A stretch of 64,000 nucleotides of DNA from NCBI RefSeq assembly GCF_009914755.1, contig NC_060932.1. One strand, written 5' to 3'. Shown one piece after another: positions 48,922-63,785 of this stretch. The position numbers and the translations under genes were made by a program. Position 1 is the stretch's first letter. Each line of letters begins with the position of its first letter. The notes beneath the pieces are model-generated. The model saw nothing but the letters and a program-made list of their open reading frames with translations. It searched no databases and was not told the DNA's origin. This DNA comes from the human T2T-CHM13v2.0 reference genome, Homo sapiens.

Positions 48922-49311
48922 AAAATGCTCCTGAATTTACAATGGTATTATGTCCAGATAAAACCATAGTAAGTTGAAAGTTGAAAATATTGTAAGACAA
49001 AAATGCAATTAATACAGCTAACCTACCTTACACGTGCTCAGATCACTTCCCTTAGCCTATGGTTGGGCAAGGTCATCTGGCAACACTGCAAGCTAGAGGC
49101 TCAATGGTTCACGCTCATGATTGCAGGGCTGACTGGTTGCTGTGGCTCTGTCCCCGCCTGGCATTGCAAGAGAATATGGTACCATGTATCACTAGCCTGG
49201 GAAGAGATCAAAATTCAAAATTTAAAGTATAATTTCTACTAAATGTGTATCACTTTTGCCCCATCATGAAGTCAAACCATCATAAGTGGATCCTAAGTTG
49301 GGGACTGTCTG
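48922..49311 (+). mobile_element. MER47B-like Tigger derivative
   Basis: atgctcctgaatttacaatgg...cacgtgctcagatcactt...gatcaaaattcaaaatt...ggggactgtctg|ta. Confidence 0.85.
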
Positions 49312-49521
49312 TAAATCCGAGGATTCTTCCTCATGAAATCACTTTGAGATTTTCCAGATTTAACACTGAGAACACAGTGTTGAGATAACTTTTATTTTTG
49401 TGGTGCTGTCTCTTTAGTAGTTACATATACTTGGAAATTCAATTCACTTATTACCTGTAGGCACCACTGACATCGGGAGGCAAATTATAAAAAATAATAA
49501 TTTCACATTAAAAACAATGCT

Positions 49522-49809
49522 GGCCAGTCGCAGTGACTCACACCTGTAATCCCAGCCCTTTGGGAGGCAGAGGCGGGCAGATCACCTGAGGTCAGGAATT
49601 CGAGACCAGCCTGGTGAAACCCCCTGTCTACTAAAAATACAAAAATTAGCCAGGCGTGGTGGCAGGTGCCTGTAGTCTCACCTACTCAGGAGGCTGAGGC
49701 AGGAGAATTACTTGAACCCAGGAGGTGGAGTTTGCAGTGAGTCAAGATCGCGCCACTGCACTCGAGCCTGGGCGACAAAGTGAGACCCTGTCTCAAAAAA
49801 ACTAAAATA
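49522..49809 (+). mobile_element. AluS (Sx-like) with small internal deletion
   Basis: Near-TSD aaaacaatgct/aaaacagtgct. Confidence 0.95.
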
Positions 49810-50385
49810 AAAACAGTGCTGAAAGCAAATAGTGGGATAGTTTGAATCCAAAATTATTCTTTCCTGAATTTACAGTTTATTTCAGAGCATAAACAAAAGC
49901 TGTTGGGTGCTGTTTATGCTGTTTCCTCATCTCATTGAGAATGATGATAGAACTGTCCTGCCTAATGGAATAACCACATAAAGTGAAACTCTCACCAAGG
50001 CTCTTGAATGTTACCTTCTTGTTAAGTAGAAAATGTTGGGACACTGGATCTAAACAAAACAATACAAAACATGTTCAGTTGACCCAAAAAGGAGAGTGGA
50101 AAAAGGAAGTAAAGGAAGGACAAAGACAATTCCTTGAAGTATATAACAAAATGCTCAGAAGTTGAACCAACTGATCTGTGGAGCACGGAGGAAAGTTTTG
50201 AAGCTAGAATCATAAAATGTTACTGGAAATCTAGAGGTGGTAAGGTAAGACAATTTGGTTGTCTTGCAGGATTCTAGACGTTGGAATAGAAAAGACTCGC
50301 GTGGGAAAGAAGTTCAGAGACTGGCCAGTGGTCTCAGTAAGTCTGATTTTGTTTGATTGCTTATTTCTCTCTTGTTTTATTTCAG

Positions 50386-50434
50386 TTAAGAGATGCTAAA
50401 GTCTCTTAGGAAACAGAATTGGTGTGGAATCAAG
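50386..50434 (+). other. Candidate 49-nt non-coding exon
   Basis: ttctctcttgttttatttcag|TTAAG...ATCAAG|gtaagt. Confidence 0.5.
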
Positions 50435-50689
50435 GTAAGTCTATTGTTAGGTTAAAGTAAACTCAGTTGATAGCAGAAGAGTCCTTTGGATAATTCATTT
50501 AATGCCTTCCTCTGGATCAAGAGTTTCTATGGCCAATAGCTGTGTATTGAAATAAAGAACAGCACTCCACCCTTCTTGCTCCCCCCACAGACACACACTG
50601 TGTGTACTTTTATTAAAGCTTATGAACATGAATTTACAGAAAATCTTACAGGGAAAGTGAATGTGAGTGAAAAGCTCTCAAGTTGCTCA

Positions 50690-51780
50690 ACTTCCAGCCT
50701 TGCTCAGGATGCCTGCAGAGGCCTTGTTATATGTCAGGTCTGCTCGAGGCCCCAGCTCTACCGGATGTCAGCTGGTCCTCCACGCAGGCTGCCCTCCTCG
50801 ACCAGGCCTCCGATAGGTGCTCTCCTGCCGGCCCATCCACGGATCGAAGCTCAGAGCTGCTCCCACCCGCACATCCCCAGGCCTGGCTTGCCTCTTCTGA
50901 TCCTATGAGACGTTCTGTTCATGCCTAGAAAGCATATCTTCAATAGAGAGAAAGGGGTTTTCTTTCACTTCCTTCCTTTTGTAAATAAACTGCCTTTTGA
51001 TTGTAACACATAGGTGAATTTACTCAGGTGGACAACAATGTCACTTTATTCCTCCAGCAGATTTCATATTGCTCTCAAGGCCCTGCAGTGGCGACAGTGG
51101 GGAGGATTTAAGATTGCCAGTTCCCGGTAAGCCAGTTTCTCCCAGTTGAAAGCACTCTCTTCAAATCAAAGTTTGACTCCCTGTCAGGATGATCTTGTTT
51201 CCCCCAGACAGCTTTCCTGCCCCTCCTCCTTCCCAGGGAAGGACCTGGGTACAGGGAGCTGTAGGGGAGGGATCCGTGGTGCCATGCTTTCTGGAAACTT
51301 GCTGTCCTCTGCAGCGTCCTGCAGGTCACTGGGTGCCCTGCACTGGTGCAGCTGAGGGTGCTGGCATCACTTCAAGTTTAGGCCACCCTCCTGTTCTTGG
51401 CGGTGGCTGCCCATGCCTCCATCCACAGGGTCCTCAGACTCATGCTGCTTTGGGCCACTGGTTTGCTCAGGGGACATTTTCTCTGGCCAATATACCCAGA
51501 TATGTCCTCCTGCCAAGGGAGAGGCTACTCTGAATGACAGCCCACCTTCCCAGGCTGCACTGGGGAAGGAGGAAGTGGATCTCCATGTTCTCATAGGCTG
51601 GGTAATCCATCTGGGTTTTGCTCTTTGTCCTCCTCCTCACAGAAGATTTTGTCCTGAGAGGTAATCAGGGCTGGCCGTCTGCATCCCTCTCTGCCCCGAT
51701 CCCTCCAGTCTTCACTTCTGAGGGGACCTGCCTCTCTCTCTCAGCCCCCTTCCTCCCTCACTGTCCTTCCCCACTTGGGG
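50690..51780. promoter_or_regulatory. GC-rich non-repeat block, candidate cis-regulatory region
   Basis: Sharp GC rise against an AT-rich background; 9 CpGs in ~50740-50870. Confidence 0.3.
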
Positions 51781-52619
51781 CAATAAAGACAGAAGGGATG
51801 ATTCAGGAACAGAAAAAGATGACTAAGATGGGGAAAATACTAACATAGAGATGTTTCAAAAATATATTTCTTACTTGTTCTATTTATTTTTATTCTCCAC
51901 TTATTGAATCAAGGGTGTTCTGCAGCCTCGGTTTGAGAAATAGCTGGTGGAGCCTCTCTCTCTTTCTCACCTCCACCGTCTTCCTGCCCAGTTTGCCCTG
52001 TGATCTTCCCCTGTATACAAGCCCTGATCATGGTTAACTGCCTTCTGAAAGGACAAACTCAAAGAATCCAGCCAAATCCTCAAGGATCACGGTGTTATCA
52101 ACAGTCATCTGAGTTGAGAATATATACAATTATATACAGAATGTATTCTTTAATCTTCTTCTAACAAAGTTACATATAAAAGTGGGGTTATTTTTAAGGT
52201 CCTTCATAAAAAGAAGAGAATGCTTCCAATTATGCCTAATTAAGCCCATACACGATTTTTTTTTCTTCCTGATTCACTAGGCCTTAGAAGCAGGAACTCC
52301 AGTACCTAAGGGAAGGATGCTGCAGCCGCGTGTCTGTGGATACTGAAGGAGCAATGACTTGATGGAGAGTCAGCTGAAGATTTTATTCAACAAGAAAAAT
52401 GTTCTGTAGAGAAAGTACGAATGGATCATGTGAATAAGTAGGGAAAACACTGTTTAAAAGTTCAAGAGAACAGAATATTTTAAAATTGTATCTTAGAATC
52501 TGCCACTCATGTACACATCTCAGATGTGCCAGTTTCTCTCCATCTTGCTCTAGTCTACAACAGTTAATGAGGAGCAGCATGTTTGAGGCCACATTGAGGA
52601 CATATGCTGTGGAAAGTTG

Positions 52620-52855
52620 TGCCTTGGCCTTAGAGCCACAGAATTCTCAGTGCTAATCCCCGCTCACCACTTAATAGCTGTGTGAGCTTTGGTAAATCAA
52701 GGGATTTCAAATCACTTGATTTCTCTGTGCCCCAATTCCTTCTTCACCCTCTGGGGATCTAGTAAAGACTGAGTTAGCACACAGAGAATATCTAGCTACT
52801 TCATTATATGGCAGCATATGGTACCTATAGATACTCAATAAATATTAGTTCCTTC
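52620..52855 (+). mobile_element. MIR
   Basis: ccacttaatagctgtgtgagctttggtaaatca...ctctgtgcccca...atactcaataaatattag. Confidence 0.7.
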
Positions 52856-52926
52856 CTCATCTTTCCCTCCTTTCAGTTGCTTCATTTACGTAAAAATAAT
52901 ACATCTTCTTATATTTAAAAAGAAAT

Positions 52927-53166
52927 AGTTCAAGACCAGCCTGGGCAACATAGTGAGACCCTGTCTCTACAAAGTAAAAAATTGGCTGGGTATGGTGGTG
53001 TCCAGCTGTCCCAGCTACTCAGGAGGCTGAGGTGAGAGGATCTTATGAGCCCAGGAGTTCGAGACTAGAGTGAGCTATAATTGCGCCACTGCACTCCAGC
53101 CTGGGCAACAAAGCAAGAACTCACCAATAAAATAAAATAAAATTTAAAATAAAATAAAATAAAATA
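52927..53166 (+). mobile_element. 5'-truncated AluJ with (TAAAA)n tail
   Basis: agttcaagaccagcctgggcaacatagtgagacc...gagcccaggagttcgag. Confidence 0.9.
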
Positions 53167-53424
53167 ATTTTAGGCTTTCCATTGATTTAGATTGGCCTTC
53201 CTCAAATCAAGACTGATCGCTGTTTGTCTAGTTAATAAGACTAGTTCTATTCTGAGACAGGGATGAGAAATTTGCTTTTAGCTTTGAACTCTGCTTCCAG
53301 AACTGCAACTCCAACATCAGGTCACTTACAGAATAAGCCCCTTGCTGATGTGAGAGGTGCTTTTCTATGTATGTATTCTGGAAACAATGGAACCTGTAGT
53401 ATTTGGAGATATCACAAAGAACTT

Positions 53425-53770
53425 ATGGCAGAGGTGGCTACTGTCTACCAAAGATTCATATTTTCCTTCTACCATGCAGAATGAGGTGGTTCCCAGCCAG
53501 ACCGGCACTTCACAGAAGTTCTTCCCACTTCTGTCTAGTGGCCCAGAGGGGCTGGGCCACTTGTCTTCAATGGCAGTGTCAGAGCAGAGTGCTCTCCGTC
53601 CCTGCAGGTGGATGTTGTGGCAAATCAAGGCGGCCTCTTCACACTTTTTTTCTTTTCTTGTCCAACATTGGATGTTGATGGTCAGAGTGACTTTGGAAAC
53701 CATTTCTTGAAGACGGCAGAGTTTCCATGATACCTAAAGGTAAATAGGTTCCCTCTAGCAACCCACTGAG
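53425..53770. mobile_element. Old ERVL LTR fragment (LTR33/LTR16-like)
   Basis: tggcagaggtggctactgtctaccaaa...ttttccttc terminus motif. Confidence 0.4.
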
Positions 53771-54830
53771 ATTAATTAGCACCCTCTGTAATTCCAGTCC
53801 CCAGCCCCACCCCTGCTGCTCCCTGAAGGCAAGAACCAACCTTTATAGGGAGACCAATGGATGGGGAGTAGAGTCTGGTTCCAGGGAAACTGAGCTTGGG
53901 CAGCTGCTATGAGTCAAATGGTGGGGGTTGAAGAGTGCTGGACCAAGGGTGGACTCCTCTACCCGCTCACTTTATTGTAAAGCAGTTAGTTTGTTAAAAA
54001 AAAAAAATTGACCTTGCAGTCTTCTTACATTGGTTTTAGGAGCTTGGGTAATGTGACTCTGTCCTGAGAGATGATCATTTTCCCATTTCTGAGTCCTCTG
54101 GTGGAGAGCCACACCTAGACAGGGGTAATTTCCCCAGGACGGGATGTTATATGTTACTTGAGAATCAGGATTTAGAGTGAGGACTGTGAAAATTGTGCAG
54201 TTGTTTGTATAAAACTTCAGGTTGAAGAATCACTCAGCAAAACTAAACAACAACAACAATAAACAAAAATGAATTAAAAGAAAGTCTGTTAGATGATATC
54301 TTGGTATTCAAGCCATCATCCCCTTAAAATAACTATCAACTCCTAAGTAGTAAATGGGAGATGAGTGGAAAATTCTAAAATGCCCTGTTTGCCAGCAGAT
54401 TGTTTTCCATTCTTTTGTAATATTTGGCATCTATAAACCTTAGTTCATGTTGGGCAATGTGCTTTTTCAGAAGATTAAGAAGATGGCCAAGTTGCACCTA
54501 AAAGGCATCCTGTAGGATAAATCTCCACATCATGCACCTCCACTGCAATGAAGCCTCACAGTTGCTTTTGAAAAGTATGAGTTTCTACAGTGAGCAAACA
54601 AAATAATGCATAGTTCAAAGCACTTTGTAAACTATGAAGGATTATACAAATGTCAGGTATTATTATTACAGAGCAATTTTGTCTTTTTCTTTGAAATGTT
54701 TTTTAAATCCCTGATAATGTAAAGATGTGGGTCCATCATGTCATAATGTAAGAACTCTGTTCATTTCTCTGTAACTTAATTTTGTAAATTTTCTTTCTTT
54801 TTGAATACCCCAAACTGCCCCCTCCCCTAA

Positions 54831-54832
<2 letters not shown>

Positions 54833-54867
<35 letters not shown>
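54833..54867. repeat. (CA)n microsatellite
   Basis: Seen directly. Confidence 0.95.
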
Positions 54868-54868
<1 letters not shown>

Positions 54869-56382
54869 CCCAAAGGGCTACTAAATACTAAAAATTTAAA
54901 AAGTAATTCTGCTACTAAATACTAAAAATCAAAAATGATTATATTAAAACAACCTAACATTGCATAGCTACCAAATCCTTCCCGTGTTGAGTAAGGAAAG
55001 GGGATGCATTTGTATTTTTCACAGTACCTATGATGGTTTGCTATGTAGTATCATGTGCAGCACAGTCACTCAAGTCAACACTGGAGAACTGAAAGAAATA
55101 ATCGAACATCAAGCAAGTGCTTTTTGGTATAGCAGACAAACTCTGTGTGTACAGCAGTAGCAGGTGCGATAATTTCATTGTGTTTCACACTTTTGAGGTT
55201 GGAGTTACCCTTTCCCGAGGGCAGGTGTGGGGCCCACTGAAACGGCACAGTCAAAGGCATGCATGGTCTGCTCCCCAGGCTGGCTGTAGGAGTAGTGAGA
55301 TGCAGTCATTGCTGTTGTTGAAAATTATAAGTATTTTGAGATGTTTGATCTTTTTATTTAAACAAAAAGGTTCTCCTGTAGGTGGGAGGCCAAATCTATG
55401 CAGCAGATGTAGCTGGGTAGGGGAAGTTGATAGTGACTGACGTGGTGATGGTGGTTTACAGTTTATTTTAGGTGCATTTACACACATGAGTTTTCTATTT
55501 TCTTTTTGAAGATAAGGAAAATAGATTTAAACTGTTTATTTAAATATATGGCTTCTAAAATGTAATGTATAAAAATACATAGAATATTAATTTTTATTTA
55601 TTCACTTGTTCAGATGTTTGAAGTTGAGAAACATTTATATTCTTTCTAGGAGTATAAATCTATATTTTTGTCAATAGGTAAGGAATTACTGCAGGAAAAT
55701 AGTGCTGTTCTGGAGACTAAGCACTGTGTGTCTCTTGGGCAGTCTCTGTATTTCTCAGAAAAGACAGTATATCCCCTGTATGTGCTTCAGGGAAAAAGCA
55801 GGCACACAAACAGATAAAAAGCAAAACAAAACCAAAACAATAGCACAATCCCATGAAACTAAAAAGGTCTCAAGGAAAAAAAGACATTTATTCCATTTAT
55901 TATTTAATCTTGATAGTTTTGAAACTAATGTAGAAATTTCGTTCTCATTATAGATAGCGAAAAGAAAAGCTGAAAAGGAAAAAATTGTTTCATAACCCCC
56001 ATTATTTTTCCTGAAAGCAAATGGAAATCTTAGGTTTTCAGTATAAATGTACTTGGCAACTATTCTAAAAGACTCAAGGCTTGGGAATGATGATGGTTCT
56101 TCCTCTTCCTCAGTGAGCAACAGCTTTCCTTTGGATAAAATGACTCACACTAACTTTACATCATCTGATGAATCAGTTATGACCTAAATGTCTGCCAAAA
56201 GTTCAAACTTTGCTCCGCACTTGCATACAATGATGGCTATCCAACGAGAAAAGGATTTCCAGGTTTTGCCTGAAAGTTGACAAGAATTGACACAAAACAG
56301 AATTGTATCTAACAGACATACATAGGGAGCTCCTAGAAGTTGGGAAACCCTGACTCCCATTCACCTGACAAATATAGGTGGA

Positions 56383-56760
56383 CTTTTCTTCTCTTCCTCC
56401 TCTCCCTCTTCCCTCTCCTCCTGCCCTTCCCTCCTCTTTCCCATTCTCTTCCTCCTCCTCCCTCTTCTGCTTTTTAAATATAAGTTCTATTTATTTTAAA
56501 ATTACTTGAATTCATAGACATTCATTCCCCTTCTTCCTTCCCTTCCTCTTCCCCCTCCTTCTCTTTCTCTTTCTCTCCTCCTCTCCTCCTCCTCCTCCCC
56601 CTGCTCCCTCTCCTCCTCCTTTCCTTCCTCCTTCCCCTCCTACTTCTCCTCCTCTTCCTCCCACTCTTTCCCTTCCTTCTTCTCCTCCTTCCCCTCCTCC
56701 CGCTTCTCCTCTGCCTCTTCCCCTTTCTCTTCCCCGCTTTCTCCTCCTCCTCCTCCTTTG
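56383..56760. repeat. Polypyrimidine/polypurine (CCT/CTT) low-complexity tracts
   Basis: Near-pure C/T at 56383-56470 and 56525-56760. Confidence 0.9.
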
Positions 56761-57057
56761 TATTTTCTTTGATCCTAAGTGTGTCCTCCACTCTCATCTT
56801 TTTCTTTCAAAATTATTTGAACAGACAAAAACTCATTTCTCTCCTTTTTTGAAGCGGGCAAAGGGAAAGATGCCTGGGAGGGGAGGGGAAGTGGAAAGAA
56901 ATTGTCTTCCTTCAGTTATTCTTTTGTCTTCTCTTCTCTCCGTGGCCCTTTTGTTCTCTCTAATTAAGATGTATGAGTGAAAAGGATACTAGAGGCAGAA
57001 AATTTAGGCCTCATTTTCTCAGGGCACTCTTCTACGTGGCTGGCGTCTCTGCGACGA

Positions 57058-57490
57058 GGTGCCATGGCTGGCAGTGTAGACGCCCTGCTCACATCCCCGC
57101 AGCCGCGTGGGATGGCCCCGGTGTGTGGCGAGTTTTCCATGCCCGGCGCTGGTGTGTGTTCTCTGTCTGAGGGCTTCCTTCGGCAGGTGGTGGTGAAGTG
57201 AGCAGATGAGGGGTAGCACCCCCAGGAAGCCTTCCCCAACTCATAGGGGCAGATTCTGAGGACTGTTCCATGAGGGTTCTTGGAGGGTTCCCAGCAGAAT
57301 CGATCCCAGTTCCCACGGTGGTCACCAACTTGCTGTTATACACTTATATTATTATAGTGCATTTTCTCTTTTCTGATATTCTAACATACTTTCCCCCTTC
57401 TTCCCTGTGCTTCCTGAGGTCATCTCCTAACTCCCTGTCCCCAAGTCCTTTGCTTAGGTTCTGCCCTAGGAGGAACCCGAAGTGTGATGG
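57058..57490 (+). mobile_element. LTR16-family (ERVL) solo LTR
   Basis: cccagttcccacggtggtcacc...gcttcctgaggtcatctcc...ttctgccctaggaggaaccc 3' motifs. Confidence 0.65.
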
Positions 57491-60400
57491 TCACTGTCCT
57501 GAATATCGTGGAAGATAAAGGGCTTGGAAGCATTTTCTTATGAACAACATTCACAGGGTTCTGGTACACATATTTTAATGGGATTTTCTAATAGTGTGTG
57601 ACATTTAGATAGTGCTTTATGGTTAACTACAAGCTATCAGACAAATTATTTATGTTGATCCTTAGAGGTTAGTATACATGCAATTATTATTAACATTTTA
57701 CTTATGAAAAAATGGTGTCAGAGAGGATACATGGCTTATTTAAAGTCACAGAGAAGATCTGCAAAGAAAACCCAAGTTTCCCTTACTATGTGAAATTCTA
57801 TCCGTACAGTTAGGACATTTATCCTTTACTGTCAAATTTATGGAAAGAGAATTTTACTAATTTTTGTTTGATTTTTCCTGCTGTCTTTATTTTGGCTTTC
57901 TAGTTGTGGGCCTCAAAAACAGTAATATAGTTGTTTCCTGCTTTTCCCAGTGAGGAATAGAAAAGAGCCAGTTAAGTTTGTAAGTTACAGTTATAGTTTA
58001 TGCCTATGTACAACAGGCCAGTGATATAATCTAAAAGTGAGTGATACAGTCCCTGGAAATTAATTGGGAAATTCTGTTATATAGTTGTATGATGATTTTT
58101 TTCTCTTGTTCCCAAAGCAACCCCCTAGGAGAGATGGAGATGGAGGTGGAGGGGGTGGGAGTTGGAGAGAAAAAATGAATTATGTTTAGCAAAAAGAAGC
58201 AAATCTTGGGTGATTCATTTCAGATTGCCTAGGAAGACTGTCATCCCACAAAAAAAAAGGCCTATTCTCATAAGACTTCCCAACCCACTCTGCAGTGTTA
58301 AAGGAAAATTTCCTCCAAGATAAACACTTTGCATAGGCACTTATCTTACTGTAAAGACTAATTCACTAGGTCTGCAATTCTTAATGCTGAAGCCTCAAAG
58401 TTACAACTACAGTGAAATTCCCAATACTTTCCTAAACAATTAGGAGATGAAATTCGACGGACAGCCAGGATAGAAGTGTATATTTCTTGCACCCTCTACC
58501 TGCTACTGTGCATGTAATACTGGAAATTATTCTCTAGCCTTGCATGAGTATAAAATTCAACAAATCCCTCAAGTTTTTATAAAGTTGTCTATTTTAAGGA
58601 TGGCTTCAGAAATGTCTAAAAAGAAGTAAATAGAGTCACTGTTGACAAAATTTCCAAAATAAAGACAAGTTTTATTCCTAAACCTCCAGCATATTTAACT
58701 TTCTGGTTTGATTTAAGTTGCAGTTTGCATTTTGTAGTGAAGAGTTATGATGTTAACCACAAGGAACATAAAAGTAAATATAAAGTCTGCTTCAAAAAAA
58801 AAAAAGCAAGACTGAAATGTCAATCTCTTTATTAAGCAGAAGTTGTCTTATACCTGGTGTCTTGTTAATTTTTATTGAAATCTTTGTAGGATAGAATTGT
58901 CTATCTTCCATGGGTCTGGAGGGCTACCTTTTGTGTATTTAATATTTAGTATTATAATCATATCGTAAGTGTTTTTTAAAAATTATCTGTTGCTTTTGTT
59001 GTTTGTTTTGGTTTAGGAATGTGAAGAATGTAATATATTGGGGCTTTGGTTTCCTTCCTTTAGGAAAAAAAGACTAGTTTGAAAGAGGTTTTTATTTCTG
59101 GGAAATATGAAAGAGAAGGGAATGTTTTAATGGAAAATTTCCAACCTCCTCTTCTTTTAATCCAGAGTCAGGAAACACTTTTAAAAATAGCATCAGATTT
59201 GGTACATATAGTTATGTAGGTGAAAAAGAACTGAACTGAACTTGGGCTGGACACATACATGAAAGTCAGAGTTTTAAAAAGCCATGTTTCTATAAATGAA
59301 GAAAGTGGAGGCTTTGCATTCATATTGCTAATTAACTGAAAAATTAAGTAAATTACTTTTTCTGATGTTTTCTTAAATAAATCTTGTAGGGATATGATTG
59401 CTTTTGGTACATAGAAGAGTAGAATATTTTGAAAATTCAGGTTTAATAGGTCAGTCGAAGGTTGATGTTAGTCCCTAAGAACGTTACAATGCCTTTCTCC
59501 CAAGATTTTTTTACTAGCAGTGAGATCTTGGGTTAGCAACATTTTCATTCACTTGCAATTCACAGGATCCATTTTCTTTTTTTAATACCATTTGTTTGAC
59601 TTAAGCTTTGGAAAAATCCCACTTTTGTATTTGTAAAAGACAGGTTTTTTAATTTGAAAATGAGACATGTTCAATTTTATCTTCTGACAGGTAAAAAGTC
59701 TTGGAACAAAAGAATTAACATTTATTTGCTAGCATAAATGTGAAAAGTCTCCAAGGACTTCTCTTTTTGGGAAATATATTTCAATCAACCTGACTATTCT
59801 GCAAAGTAAGGAGTGAGTTCTTTTTATCTTTTATTATATTCTGAATTTGATATCAAAGAGGAATCTCTGGAGACAAGAAGGCCATTATTTTGTGATCTAG
59901 TAGCTGCATGATAATGATGAAACCACCTTCCTAGATTTCATGATATGCCTCATACTTCTTAGCTGAATTTTAGAACAGAGCAAAGCTTTGCATTGCCTGG
60001 TATGTCTAAAGCAACTTTGGGCTTGGAGTACTCATTTGAATTTCTATGCTCATGTTGCCCTTGACTTGCCATGTGATGTTAAGTAAGTGATTTCATTTTT
60101 CTGGATCTCCATTTCTTCATCTATTATGTGAGGAGGCTTTGTTCAGATCTTCTCAGTGCATCTCTTAGGCAATACCCTCTACTCCATAATGACTTTTTCA
60201 AATGTGGCAAAGCTAACACTTAACGCAATTCATGGGCAGTGCTTTCAGATGCTTTAGTATTTTTCAAAGGAAGGCTTTGAATTCTATATTCAAATCAGAT
60301 GTGAGAAATATTTGCAATGATTTATCAGACAGTGTTATTTTCTCCTCTTACTGACTAATCCCACAGGAAAAGTAACTAACATAATAGTATTTGAATCATC

Positions 60401-60519
60401 TCAAACCTTGAATCCAAACAATAGCTTCAGAAAAAGTTGTAGTGGTGGGAGCTGTTTGGAGGCAGCAACAAAGAGCACAGGAACTGTAGAGGCAAAGTCA
60501 GAAATAAAGTTTCTTAAAC

Positions 60520-62010
60520 AAGACCTAAAGCACAGTCCCAAAGGAAAAGACTGATAATCATTCTTACAATAAAATTTAAAACTACTGCATGAAAAAAGAC
60601 ACCAGAACAATCTTAAATGACCAAAGATAAATTGGAAGATTTGTGCCATGAATATAACCCAATGAATTAATATTATGTGTATATATATGCATATATGATT
60701 TATAGAAAAAATATAAATTCCTATAGAAAAATGTGTAAAATATATTTGAAGTATAATTTGAAAATATAAGATGTAGAAATTATCATTAAATGTGTAAAAT
60801 AGTCAACCTTTGCTAATCAAATAATTGAAAATTCATGTTTCAGATAAAATATCTTTCACCTATTAGAATGGAAGATTTTAGAAAGAATGGTAATACAGTT
60901 GCTGTTAATGTGGAAAATTTCTTTTGGAGGAACTAGGAATTTGTACAATATTTTCTTGGCATTTAGGCAAAAATATTAAAAGGACTTAAAAAAGCATACC
61001 TCTTGATCCAGCAATTCTGTTTCTTAGGAATCTATTCTGAGAACAAACTGGCAAAATACAACACTATGCATGGTGATTTTTAGAGTATCTTTATAGTAGC
61101 AAAAGGTGGAATGACCCAAATATTGAGAAAAATTAGCTAAATAAATTATGGTACATCTATAACAAAGAATAATATGCAGCTCTTAAAAATGATGATACAT
61201 GGGTTTATTGGAATCAATCATTTATGTATATCATCAAGTTTTTAAAAAATTACAGACCATAATGTAGCCATGATGGAAATGTTTTTAAAAAAAAGGAAAA
61301 GAAGAAAAAAATAGACTGTGATTTGTTTGCCATAGCTGAATAGAAAAAAAAGCCAAAAGCCTATAAACCAAAATGAGGTGACCAGTTGTCAATTAGTTTC
61401 AAATTTGGGGTTATTTTTATTATTTGTGTATACTTATATTTTCTAATTTTTCTACAGTAAATATGCATTCTTTGTGAAATAGAGAAACTAGGTAAAATAT
61501 AACAAAATTATTCCATTTATCATTGTAATTTCACTTCTAATAACTTTACTAGGCAAATAATAGGAGCTGTAGAAGGACTTTTATGTAATGTTGTTTATCA
61601 AAATGTTATTTAAAATAGGGAAAATATGGGAGTAAACCTAAAAGTACAATGAGAAATGGTGAAATAAACCGTGGTACCTCCATGGTATGGGATGATTATT
61701 CTTACTAATAGAAGAAAGTACTATATTTCATGAAATAAGTGGAATATAGCAAGATTCCAAGTATGAACACCAACAAAAAAAAATTTTCTCATACATAAAG
61801 GGGGAAAGAAAGGCTGGATAAGCATAAACACACACCACACACACTGGCACACACCTGCCACCGCCCCCTAAACACTCACACACATTCAGGCAAGCCAGGA
61901 ATGTTCATGTTTGCTTCGTGGGTTTTACGAATGGTTTTGTCTCTTTTATATGTGTTTGCAATTTCTAAGTTCTCCACGTTGAATACTTATCACTATTTTA
62001 AAACACCCCA
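60520..62010 (+). mobile_element. Ancient L1ME-type 3' fragments
   Basis: ttgatccagcaattctgtttc, aaataaattatggtacatc, gaatatgcagctcttaaaaa. Confidence 0.65.
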
Positions 62011-62440
62011 CATCAAGCATAATGCCCTTAATTTCTGGTGTAGGGTATAATGGTATTAAGCGAAAAAGTTGTGCCGTGACACAAGTGTGATGCATTTGAA
62101 CAGATGTGCCTTCTTTTCCCTACAGCGTCCACACTAAAAATTTGCTCTGTTATGCTGTCATCTTCTCCTTCTCTGGCACACACTACATTTTTTAAAAATT
62201 AGGTTTTACATACATTCTCATGGATGGTTAAACAAATATTTCTCCATGATCATGACCTCACAGGGACTATACACACACACTCACTGAAATGCCAAGTGGA
62301 CGAGACCTGCAGGGGCTAACTGGTAGCTCTACAGCTCTGAGAGCATTTCTCTGAAGTCACGGGGACAACAAGGTGGAAACGTCTGTGGTAAAGAGATTGA
62401 GTTAAAGATTTTATTTTATTTTTTTCTTTTTCATTAAAAA

Positions 62441-63667
<1,227 letters not shown>

Positions 63668-63785
63668 TTTTCTACATGAAATAATTTTCTATATGAAAAT
63701 TGTTCTGCTGAATTTTCATGAGATTTTTTTAAATGATTCATTTGTAATATTACTACCTCCAGGTCACCTCTCTTTTTTTCTGTAG

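Noticed and set aside
54877-54930. 19-bp direct repeat gctactaaatactaaaaat x2
   Set aside because: Ordinary slippage duplication beside a (CA)n tract.
56522-56797. Arg-rich, protamine-like 91-aa ORF
   Set aside because: It is the translation of a purine-rich low-complexity tract, with no gene structure.
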